64,000 nt of DNA from Selaginella moellendorffii (taxonomy: Eukaryota > Plantae > Lycopodiophyta). Both the position numbers and the translations under genes were made by a program. How positions within the stretch are numbered: position 1 is the first letter of the stretch; every line of letters starts with the position of its first letter. Positions 24,972 to 36,700 of this stretch are shown here, piece by piece. Location of the stretch: assembly GCF_000143415.4 (NCBI RefSeq), contig NW_003314321.1:940236-1004235 (forward strand). Reading direction: 5' to 3'. The notes beneath the pieces are model-generated. The model was given only the letters and a program-made list of their open reading frames with translations. It was not told the origin of the DNA and made no database searches.

Positions 24972-25280
24972 CCAATTTATTTTGTTTATTTGCCCATTTT
25001 TTGCTTTGGTTGTAGCTAGGTTCTTTTACCAAGATCCACTCTTATTATACTAACTCCTACTTAATTTTACTTAACTTCAACTTCTCACTACATGAGTAAT
25101 ATGGTGTTTACCATTTATTCATAGATTCCTAAACTCTTTTGCCCCCTCCCCCTTCCCTAAAATAAACTAAAAACTTAAATTCGCTATAAGTATATGCAAT
25201 CAAATACATTAAACTTTTAAATTTTCAACTTCTCTTAATACAATTGTTTCAATCATGATTTCACAATCCTTAACCTTCGA
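24972..25280 (-). repeat. Inverted partial copy of the same LTR family's 3' end
   Basis: The reverse complement resembles ~3200-3510 and 24640-24950. Confidence 0.6.
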
Positions 25281-25362
25281 CATCTTAAAGAGTTTATTCC
25301 TTACACCCTATTGTGCTTATACTAGCCAACTTTACTTTATGGGGATGTGATTTAGATCTTGA

Positions 25363-28300
25363 TGTGAGTGCTTGGAATATGGAAAGGGAATATAGAAAAT
25401 GTGCATATCAATTAGCCCAAAAACCCTAGCTTATATACAGGAGCGAGTGGTCCGGATTGAAACCAATCCAATGGCTACTAAAATCCCACTATGCTAATAT
25501 TAGTATATGGCATCGTAGCCGTACACTTGGCCCTCACATCATCCCCTCCTCTCGGAATAATAGCAGACCATTAGGGTTCTCTTGTAGATAGGCCTGGATC
25601 TAGAGGAATGTCAGGAGGAGGCATTGGCGGATCTGTAGGTGGTATTAATTGCTCTTGATCCCTTTGTATAAAGCGTTTTAACCGCTACACATACACAATC
25701 TCTGGAGGATCGGCCTGCTGGACGTCATGCCAAACCTTATAAACTTGTGGTCCAACTTGCCGCAACACCCGATATAGTCCTTTCCACTGTGCAAAGAGCC
25801 CCTTAGATAAACCACGTACCGTAAGATGGGGAAAACGGACTAACACTAAATTATCCACTTTGTACTCCGCAAGTGGATGATGATAGGAGTTGTAGCGCCG
25901 TTGTTGCCCCACTTGTACGTGGCCTAAGTGTTCAGCAGACTCTGCTCGCACAAGTGGAAGAATGCTTGTCAAATATTGATCCCATGACCTAGCATCCGTA
26001 GCTCGTGGCAATCGCGAAGGTAAACCCAGCTCCGTTGGTAATATTGGATCATGACCATATAGGAGTTTATATGGTGAAGCACCAACAGAACTCTGCACCC
26101 TAGTGACATATGCATACCGAAGAGATGGCAAATAACCATCCCAATCCGAATGCTGAAAATTCACATACTTCGCAATCATCCCCTTGAACGTCCGAACAAG
26201 CTGTTCCACCAAACCATCTGATTGTGGATGATAAACACTCGTGACAGTGTGGCAAATCCCCAACCGAGACATCAAAACATGAAATGCCTCAGCCATAAAT
26301 GTGGGACCATTATCCGAAAAAATCTGCTCTGGACAAGAATGCTAGAACACCACTCGATTGAGGAGGAAGTATCCAACAGTAGTTGCAGAGGCGTTAACAA
26401 GAGCACCAACTTCCACCTAACGAGTCAAATAGTCAGAAGCAATAATAACATACTCATTGCCAGCAGTCGACCGTGGAAAAGGTCCCATAAGATCAAACGC
26501 CACCAACTTAAATGGACGAAAAACTGCAATTGACTCCAACCGTCCTTCCGCAGCCCGAGGGGGAGTATGATGAGTTTGGCACCAAATGCAGCTACGCACA
26601 TACCGGATAATATCAGGTCGCATCTCCAGCCAATAGAAAGATCTGCATAGCTTCTCGAGTACACGACAATGTCCCATATGCCCACCTAGAATAGGAGAAT
26701 CATGGTAGGCATGGAGAAACCGCGGAATAAAGATAGAAGGCACCATCAGCCGTAAATGATCATCAGGATCTGTCCCCATAAAATAAAGAAGGCCACCTTC
26801 AAAACGATATTGAGAATGTAAATGCCAGAAAAGCAAGTCATCAGCAAGTGATGCAAGATTCTCAAACCCATCTTGAAGCCTTCGAATCCATGGCTCAATC
26901 TTTTGAGCCTCGCAAACCTCATCAAGCGAAGGTAGATCTTGCTCTACACCTTGTGGACACTAAACGTCAAGTACAGCAACCGCCGATGGCACAGAATCCT
27001 CGTCTAGAAAATCCACAGATGCTAGAACAACAGGCTCGTCAGAAACATGAGAAGAGAGTGAAGAAGGAAGAGGAGCTCGAGAAAGGGCATCAGCATCAGC
27101 CATAGAACTCCCTGGGCGATGAACAACATCAAAATCATATATCTGAAGCTTTAAAGCCCACCGAGCAATACGACCAACCAGGTTCTTCCACTTTAATAAC
27201 AAAGTAACAGTAGCATGGTCACCTTCAAGTAACGTCCGAGAACCATGTAGATATGCATGAAGTTTCTCAAAACCCCAGATTGCTGCTAAACACTCCTTCT
27301 CTGTCGTGGAGTAATTCATCTCCGCTGATTGTAATATATGGCTTATATATGCAATGGGATGGCACTGACTAGACACACTCGAACTCTCTTGCATTAACAC
27401 ACCTCTAAGACCAATGTCAGAAGCATCCACGCGCAAAATAAAAGGTCGAGTGTAGTCAGGATATGCCAAAACCGGAGGAGTCATCAACAGCTCTTTGAGA
27501 TCCCCGAACGCCTGCTCACAATCCGGAGACCAAATGAAAGATGATGTTGATGACTTCAGCAACGCTCGCAATGGTGCAGTGCGATCAGAAAGATGATCCA
27601 CAAAACAACTGCAATATTGCACCTTGCCCAAGAAACACTGCACATCATCAATGAAGTCAGCAATCACCTTTGGCATATCGCAAAGAACCTCGTCCATCAT
27701 CCGCTGGAAAGTTGCTGAAGCATTGTTTAAGCCAAACGGCATCACCAAGAATTCGTACAAACCAAATGGTGTACGAAAAACAGTCTTAGGAATATCTTCT
27801 TCGGCCATCGATACTTGCCAGTACCCAGAAGCAAGATCTAGCTTGGTGAACCAACGACTTCGCCCCAAACGATCCAAGAGATCAGCAGTGTGAGGAAGAG
27901 GGTACACATTTGGGATCGTCACTTCGTTTAACGGACGATAGTCGATGCAGAAATGAATACTCCTATCAGGCCTCGTCACAAGATGAGGTTCACATACCCA
28001 AGGACTCCGCGACTTCCGAATAACACCTTTCTCCAAAATCTCCTTGACATTTGCATGTAAAATCCAGATCTCCTTGGGTGACTGACGACGAATGGGAACC
28101 TTGATTGGACAAGCATCCCCAGTTGGAATTGGATGACGTGTGGCAATCTTGGCCCTAGACAATAGGTCAAATTCAAAGAGATCAGAATACTCCTTCATGA
28201 GCCGGTCCACTGCTACAATACAAAGATCGTCGGAGGGATTGGAAAAGTGAAAAGCAGAACAAGATGGAAACATAGGAGGAAATAGTGGGGGAACAAAAGT

Positions 28301-30139
28301 AATGGAAGCAAAGGTAGAAGTAGAGGGACGAAGAGGGACAGAAGTAAGAGGAATGGATGAAACATAAGGAAGTATGAGACAAATGGGAGAAACCTCAAAG
28401 TCACACTTGGCATGATTGCGCTGCAACCAATCCATACCAAGAATGAGGTCAAAAGCTTGACTTGGCACTACCCACAATGACTGCAACTCAAGCTCGAGAT
28501 CACCCACACACACAACCAGGTCTGCCTCATCCCGTGCACATGCATATGTACGGCCGTTGCCATAAAGAATGAAAACGGGTTCTACCGCACGACGCAAGTG
28601 TAAACGGCAATGTGTGGCAATAGGTCGAACAATAGAAGATAAACTTGAACTTGTATCAACCAACACGGAGAGAATAAAAGGAGACCTCTTATTATAAAAA
28701 TGAGCTTGTAAAGTAAACATTAGATGAACTGGTGCCGAGTGACCTTGATAATACTCCCGAAAGAAAGATGGAGGGGTCACTGACTTATTCGCGCAAGGTC
28801 CCTCCGTTATTCGCGCGACTCCTCGTTTCCCGGATGCATCTCGGTGTCCAAACCTTCCACTACAGCAGCACCAACGGGACGTTGCTGACACCAAGGTCTC
28901 CACCCAGAAAATGGAGGTCACCAATCCGGAAAACGCCAACAATGCTAATAAGTATGACCAACTTCGTCACATGCCCAGTAGCGAATATCATGGCCACGAC
29001 CACGTCCTCGCCCTTGTCCTTGGACTCAAGCAGCAGCAGCATCAACCTCCATTGAAACAGGACCATCACCTATAGGAAGAGGAGCTGAAGGATGTGCAGC
29101 GAGAAGTGGGAGAGGCGACGTCTCATAACGTTGTGCTAAGTGAAGAGCATTGTCAAGGGTGGCGGGAGCAAGTGCATGCACAAGTCCGACAAGATCTTGA
29201 CGAAGTGTTGGCCACAACATTCCTAGCTTGATCCGCTCCGACATATTTGGCTCCGCACGAAGCAAAAGACTTCGGAAACGAACACCAAATTGCATCACCG
29301 ACTCAGATGGCCCTTGGTGAAGACGATGCAATTATTGGAAAGCATCATCACAATCATCGGCATGTCCGAAGGCGCGTTTGAAGACATCTAGAAGAACACT
29401 CCAATCCCCGCGAGTGGCTACTCCCAAACCGTTGTACCACTGCAACGCCGTCCCTTGGAGACACGTGGGAAACTCACGCAAATGTTGAGCATCATCCCAA
29501 GAATGATATGTGGCAATCACTGTGAAGTGATCGAACCAATGGTACACATCATCCTCAGGATTCCCGCAAAAAAACTCCGGCAGAACGCGAGGATTGGCAC
29601 CAAGAGCAGGAGGAGTTGTACCATGTGCTATGAACGCCGCCATCAATTGAGTTTGGTTGTTCAATTGCAAGCACATAGCATCAAGCAATTGGACCAACTG
29701 CTGCTCCAGAGTCAAAGGAGGAGATTGCTGATCTGCTATGGAGACGAATGAAAAAGAAAGAGCAAAAGAAGAGAAATAACAAAAAGCTAGAAGGAAATGG
29801 TAGATCTAGACAATGCAAAAAGCTAGATCTAAACCAAAATTCTGAAAGGAAAAAACAAAAGAAAGGAAATGGAAAAAAGCTAGATTTAGACAATGCAAAA
29901 GTTAGATCTAAACCAAAATCCCAAATCCAAGCACTCCTCAAGAACAATCAAAGGTGCCCCTCTCCTCCACCAATGTGAGTGCTAAAGGGAATACAGAAAA
30001 TGTGCATATCAATTAGCCCAAAAACCCTAGCTTATATATAGGAGCGAGTGGTCCGGATTGAAACCAATCCAATGGCTACCAAAATCCCACTATGTTAATA
30101 TTAGTATACGGCATCGTAGCTGTACACTTGGCAATCACA
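25363..30139 (-). mobile_element. Near full-length short-LTR non-chromovirus Ty3/gypsy element, copy 2
   Basis: LTRs 29974-30139 and 25363-25538 (TG...CA); exact 4-bp TSD TTGA; PBS TGGTGGAG (29965-29972); PPT GAGAGGAGGGGATGA (25539-25553). gag 29715-~28810 with a Zn-knuckle remnant; pol 28942-~25560 (PR, RT, RH, IN; no chromodomain). Premature stops present. Confidence 0.96.
28770..28831 (-). promoter_or_regulatory. -1 ribosomal frameshift signal (G GGA AAC heptamer plus H-type pseudoknot)
   Basis: Heptamer is in the gag frame with pol in the -1 frame; 6-nt spacer; stem 1 UCGCGCGA/UUGCGCGA; stem 2 GGAGGG/CCCUCC. A homologous signal lies at 15353-15414. Confidence 0.8.
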
Positions 30140-33099
30140 TTGACAAATATACAAAATATATTAATATTTAATATTGTTTGTAGGGTTTTCTACTTTGAAA
30201 TATCATTCATGGGCAAGGATTGTAGCTTTGTAAATTGAACAAAACTGAGAAATATTGGGTATAATAGAGCAAGGAAGTTATTGCTAAGAAAAGTGAAAGA
30301 GGCTTGGCTTAGATCATAATAAAGAAGCTATGTTAATGCAATAGGTATAATCCTTATTTTTTATTTTATTCACTCTTGATAAATATTTTTACAAATTGGC
30401 TTACATGTTTTTTCATACCATAGTCTAAGAGGTAGGTGTTATGAATAATGAGGTATTGACAATTGCCATTCAACATATATGATAAAAGCAATTGCAAGTG
30501 GCTTGCATTCTAAGCCATATACTTGTCTCTCCAAGGTAATTTATTCATTCTTACAACCTTCATACAACATGAATGAGATCTTAGCCAATCGCCTTCATCC
30601 TGAGAATTTTAAATATAAAAAGATTCTATAATATTCCTTTAAAATATTATATAAGACCTCATTTTGACCATATACTTGTCCCATGGGCTAAAACTATGAA
30701 AGTGGTAGATTAAGGTTGGGATTTGATGAAGCTATTTATATTTTGTTAGATATAATTTCACTTAACTTTTTTTTTTTTTACAAAAATTGCTCCCAATGTG
30801 GTTCCAAGCAAGTAGAATGGCACATAAAGTTACAAAGAGAAAGTATGATTGATTTAGCATATTAAGACTAGCTAATAAGGTGTGTCTTTGGTTTATAAAA
30901 TTAAGACTGCAGGAAACGAGCGATGATATTATAAAGAACATGCAACAGCAGCTGAAAGAGAAGGCTGGCAAATCGGGGTAAGAGCTTTTCTATTTCTTGG
31001 CTTTTAATTATTTATTTCTCCCACCTTTAATTTGAAAAAAAGTAGTTTATTGTACAATATCTCTTGCTTATTTTCATTCTTATAAAAGCATATAAAAACT
31101 CACATCACTTACAAAGCACTTTGTGTTTTTCCACTTGAGGGAGCAAGATGGAAGGTGTGTCAACAAGCAACACACCACTAACTTCCAACAAAACTCTAGA
31201 ATTTACACTCATTGGAAACATGGAGGATAATGAGGATGTGAAGGAAGTGGATGGCCCTATGACTATCACTTCATTTAGGATTTTAATCTCCTCAAATAAC
31301 AAATCCCTCTCAGCCAAGGTTTGAGTAGTTCCATTATATGTTTTTCTCAGTCTAACTTTAAAATTAAGACTTTAGCAGATAGTTTATAGCTCATATTCAA
31401 AGTAGCTCAATTTTAAATTAGCTTGAATATAAATTTTATACTCGAAGTTGTTTAAAAGTTCAATACTTCTATTCTAGCTTGCTATATTAGGGATAATTGT
31501 TTTCATTCTCTTGACATTGGTGCAGAGAGTGGAGTTAAAGCTTAATATAAATTAGGCCATAGTTAACTCTTTAGAGAACAAATGCTTAAAATCAAGGACT
31601 ACTATAGGAGCAAATGTTGCAAGTAGTGTATTCCCACTTCTAACTTGTAGATCTGATTACAAACACAATGCATTGGTAAGTATAATAACCTTTATGACAT
31701 GGAATTTCAGATTTGATAGGTTTTATATGGATTTTAAGATATTTGGTAGAAAAGCATGAGAGTACTAGATAGCTTAGTTGCCTAGGTTGTGGATGGGTTC
31801 ATTCAGCCATAGAAAGAAGTTATGACCCTAATGGACAAAACCATTACAACTATATAAAATAGCTTTATAGGGAAGGAGGCTACTTGAACATTGCAATACC
31901 AAAAACAATCTTAAATTCTTGAGTCTCTTTTAGGTTAAAAACTTTATTGGAACTCAATGGACAAGATAGTTCTTCACCTTAGTGCTTAATGAACAATCAT
32001 CATATAGACATTAAAGAAGTTGATACAACATCACTCTTTGCAGTTGTTGTGTCTACATTATGTAAGCGACTAAATTTTCTATTCTACTTTAGTCAATTAG
32101 CCATACCTTCAACCACTTAGAGGAGTCTTACTTACAACCTCTATATGTCTTATTCTAGACTTAGGGACTTGCTAGTCCTAAAAATGACATTTATGCCATT
32201 TAACCTTTGCACTTGGTCTAAGTGCTCCACGTATACAATCTCATGACTAACACTTAAATGTACCATTGGCATATCAACCTGTTACGCTAAGGCCATGCCC
32301 ATCCACCTTTGTCACACCAGTGATCCAACACCACCTACATCATAATCCCATCTTTTAAAGATTAGGCTATCCATCCATGAGTGATCAACTTAAATCCCCT
32401 CCTTAGCATCCTTAGAATGCCCACAAATATTGGGAACAACCTTCCCCAATATCCTTTTTTCGCACCAAATCCCTTTCCGTCCACGGCCGTGTTTGCCAAC
32501 ATTGCTACTAAGTTAGGGCTTGAAGGCCTAACCACTACGTCCTATTGACCTCTAGAACTTCCTTGTTACATAACTGCATCCTTAGTCACCACTCAAGAGA
32601 ATTACTCTTCTTCCTTTCCACAGTCTAGGATGTTGGGACGACATTTTGAAACACCATAACCCTACACGAGCCTCATGGGTACTCTTCCCACCATCTATCT
32701 TTGGGTGCCCTAGCCAAATGGCTAAAGTGAGGTTCCAATGAGCCATGCCAAGTATCCAAATAAGTAGTGCCACCCACATTTCGACTAGGAGCATTGACCA
32801 TTTGATCTCCTGAGGGAGCTAGAGCCGACTCTTGAACATTTCACCAAACTACCCCGCTTGTCTATCTATATTCACTTTAGCCTTAGACTTTCCATCATCA
32901 CATAACATGTGGGTATAACCTTCCTTAGTCACATTGATCTTTCCTGGTCAAATTGGTTCCACTAGAGTCTAACCCCCACACTCTCTATACTATACTTTTG
33001 GAACCCCCTATAGCCCCCCCCCCCCTCCCTTGGGGGACGATTGCTTTGGGTTTTTACCCAACAACTTGTATTAGTATTTGAACTTAGACTCAGATTCGG

Positions 33100-33365
33100 A
33101 CTTGGACTCAATCTTGGTCTCGGTCTCAGTTTTGGTTCCATCTCAGACTCCATCTCGGATGACATCTCGGGTCCATCTCGGACTCCATCTCGGGTCCATC
33201 TCGGACTCCATCTCAAGTCGATCTTGAACTCCATCTCGGACTCCATCTCAGGTCCATTTCAGACTCCATCTCGGACTCCATCTCGGGTCTCTCGAGTTCA
33301 TCTCGAACTCCATCTCGGACTCCGTCTTGGGTCCATCTCGAACTCCATCTCAGGTCCATCTCGAC
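33100..33365. repeat. Degenerate 12-bp (6+6) tandem repeat GACTCCATCTCG in LTR
   Basis: Repeated ggactccatctc/gggtccatctc units. Sister arrays at 20480-20700, 21685-21975, 22250-22450 and 38035-38280. Confidence 0.9.
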
Positions 33366-33529
33366 ACTTTTATGTGTTATGTGTTGGTCCTCTTGTGTCC
33401 CTTTTCTAGAGACTCACTTATTGCTCGCTTCATGCTCGTTCCTTAAACATTTCGTTGAGAGTTCCACTGCTACTCTCGACTTTTCAAGTCAAAGCTTTTA
33501 GTCCCAACATATTATGCTCGTTTGGCTTC

Positions 33530-33755
33530 TCGGGTGCCCGGACATGTCTGGGGCCTGACATATCGGGTGCCCGGACATCTCCGGGGCCCGACATATCGGG
33601 GCCCGGACATCTCCGGGGCCCGACATATAGGGTGCCTGACATGTCTGGGGCCCGACATATCTGGGGCCGGACATATTAGATGCCCGACATATCCGGGGCC
33701 CGACATGTCCGAGGCCGGACATGGACATGTCTGGGGCCCAACATATCTAGGGCCT
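33530..33755. repeat. ~16-17-bp GC-rich minisatellite (GGGGCCCGACATATC-type)
   Basis: About a dozen units containing gggccc/gacat motifs. Confidence 0.9.
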
Positions 33756-36700
33756 GAGGTATGCCACATGGCATACAAGTGCAAAAGAGGTATCTACTTT
33801 GGTTGCTACCATGTGGCACCCTTTCAACTCCACTTTTGGGGCTTTGGGATTTGTGTCTCACAATTCCACCACCCATAGACTAAGTTTGATTTCTTCATCA
33901 AACGATAAACCATTTTATAAAGTACTCACATTATGGATTACTACTTTTCATCCTTGGCACCCAATTAATATTCATCAATGATTTGGCATTGAAGGTTTAC
34001 CATGCCTTGTCCATCCTCTAAGGAGTATAATCTCTCCAACTTAGAGACTCATTAGACCATTTATGGTGGCCCTTCCTTTTTTATTCAATTAGTTCATGTT
34101 AAATTTATTAAAGACACCATCTCTATTTCAATTTTACTACTCATTCAAGAGTAGTCTCGACTTTTACCAGCATAACCATTGCACTCTAGAACTTTAATAT
34201 CGACATTTCATCAGTTATGCAAACCCCACTTCCCCATTTTATGAAGTTCTTTATTAAAGGGCACTATCATCCTCTCTTTTATTTCATGCCACCATTAGCA
34301 CTAAGTTCCACTTATTCATATTTCGTACTAGGGTTATCCATGGCTTTATCATTTGGCTACTTTACCACTCTATTTCTTTTGGAGCTTTTACTTTCGTCAA
34401 CTTGGAACATTTGGGAATCCATCCTTGGAAACATCTGTCCTTTTCTGCAATCTGTTAGCATCCAATACTTAAATGTTCCTTGCCTAAATTTGCTATTTAG
34501 ATTCCTTTTAATGATTTTTATAGCCTAATTTTAGCCATTAATCTTTTGCTCCTATCCTTTGATTGTTGCACCATGCAACATAGAATCACCACCTCCATCG
34601 TCGAGGTATTATTTTAGTTCTATAGTAAAGGGACTTGCTTTGCTAAGTCTAGAGGGTGTTCACCCTTAGTAGGTCTCTTTAGCATTTTCTACTATAGGCT
34701 CTATCCATAGCCCAACCTTGCAACCCACCCATAAGTCCTTTTCTTAGAGACTATTATTTTGGACTCATAATACCACTGCGTTATTGGTGTTCATTTCCCT
34801 TAGGTGTCTTTCCCACTTGGTCACTTTGACTAAGCCAAACCATTACTAATAGTTCAAATTAACACTTTGAACTAAAAATTTTATTCTTTAACCTTATAAG
34901 GACTTTGTTTTTGTTTAGCCATAAGATCACCTAGTGATCTAACTTTGACACCTTAACATGTTTGCTAATAGGTACTAGGTTTTCTAGACCTTTAACTTGT
35001 TGACCATGACCCCGGGGGCATCCCCCACACTTGGCAGTGCACTCAAACCAACCCTTCCGGCCAAGGGTCCATAGCAATTGAGATTGGGTGTCCCCATCTC
35101 ATTCACCACGTCTTTGGTGCTACTTGCACCAAAGTGTTCAATTAGATATGCCAAGTTTTCATATTAAGTAATTTAACTGTGCATCACGACTCTGGGGCAT
35201 CCCCCACTTAGTGGTGTGCCCAAACTAATCTCCTTATTAAGAGTTAATGATCACCGAAAAATGAATGTCTTCATATTCCAAACCATAACCACGGCCAAGT
35301 GAGTTGGGACTCAAACCCAAGCACTATAAAGTTAGGACTTGAACCCAACCTCCATATATACATCTATGGATGGCATCATCTAGGATGATTGGCGTGACTC
35401 CCCATGCTGATGCACTAACTTATACTTAAAGCGTGTTATGGATCACAGCTTAGGAACATAATTCCTTTGAACTACTAAGTCTTCTTATTTGACAAGTTTG
35501 TAATCATGCATAGACTCTTCCATGTTTGGCTCCATAGGCCACCCTTTTTGAAGTTAACACCTTTAACTAGGGTCTTTATTCCCTCTGATTTGCCAATTTT
35601 GCTTAATAAGTCACATGACTAGCATAATATAGTTTCATGCATAAGTGTGAAAGTCCTTAACTTTCATTCAAAGCCATCTCTTTGAACACTCAGAGACTAT
35701 TTCCTCAACTTTGATAGCTTTGCCTTATGGTAAACTTTAGGACTATATTTCTACTGCACCACTCTGATTTTGCGCATTCTATAAACCATTTATCTATTGC
35801 ACCACTTTGATTTCGTGTGTTCTATAAACCATTTACACTTGTCTTTCTAAATACTACTTTAACTAGAATTATCTTTAGGAACCTTAAAGGGATTTTGTCC
35901 CTTAGCTTGCTAAGAATCTCCTTTCGCAAGCTTTCTAATTGTTATATAGTTTAATATAGATAATTCTATACTTTAAACTTTCTATGGCATCAAGTTGCTA
36001 ATAACAACATGCTCGAGCACCCACTTGATTCTCCACTCCCAACTTGTATAATTATCCTTGGTTATACCCTTCGATTTTTATAATTTCATTTTATCCTTTT
36101 ACTACTTGCTTTTTGGCCTTATGCCTTCCCTTTAGTTATTCTCCTCCCATCTAGGAAGGTAGTTTTGCACTTTCTACCATACATTAGCAAATATTCTTAA
36201 AGATGAACTTACTCAATAACTTAGGGAGTGGTTTTTTAATCTAGATATGCTCACTATGTAATCCCATACATCAAGATTAATGTCACTATATATGGGCCTT
36301 TTTATGCTTATTGCTAGCCATACCAAAATCCTTTTTTTGGCCGACTTATTCTATTTCCGTAACTTTGAATGTTAGATAGCACCTCCTATCCATTATTCAC
36401 TAGGAATTTAGTCCCTTGGGCCTTATCTAATGCCATCATGATACCAAACACTCTCTGGTATTTTAAAGTGTTTTGGTATCCTAATGATCACTTTTTTTGA
36501 CAATGAGCATTTTCCTTTACAACATTAATTTATTATATCTCAACATAAACAATTTATCCCCCAAAGGGGTATATCTAACCTCTTTATCCCAATAAGAAGT
36601 CTTGGGTACTTAATTTCTACTAGTTTAATCAATTATGTTGCACTTTTTATTTAGTTGCCTCATAGTTATCACATCTTACAACTCATTATTACTACTTCTA

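Noticed and set aside
30140-32060. AT-rich region with exon-like patches as a DNA-transposon gene
   Set aside because: No recognisable transposase motif or terminal repeats could be identified by eye.
33100-33755. Tandem arrays as CRISPR, and their ORFs (33041, 33522, also 21582, 22270) as genes
   Set aside because: No unique spacers or cas genes, and the context is eukaryotic. The ORFs are translations of LTR tandem repeats.
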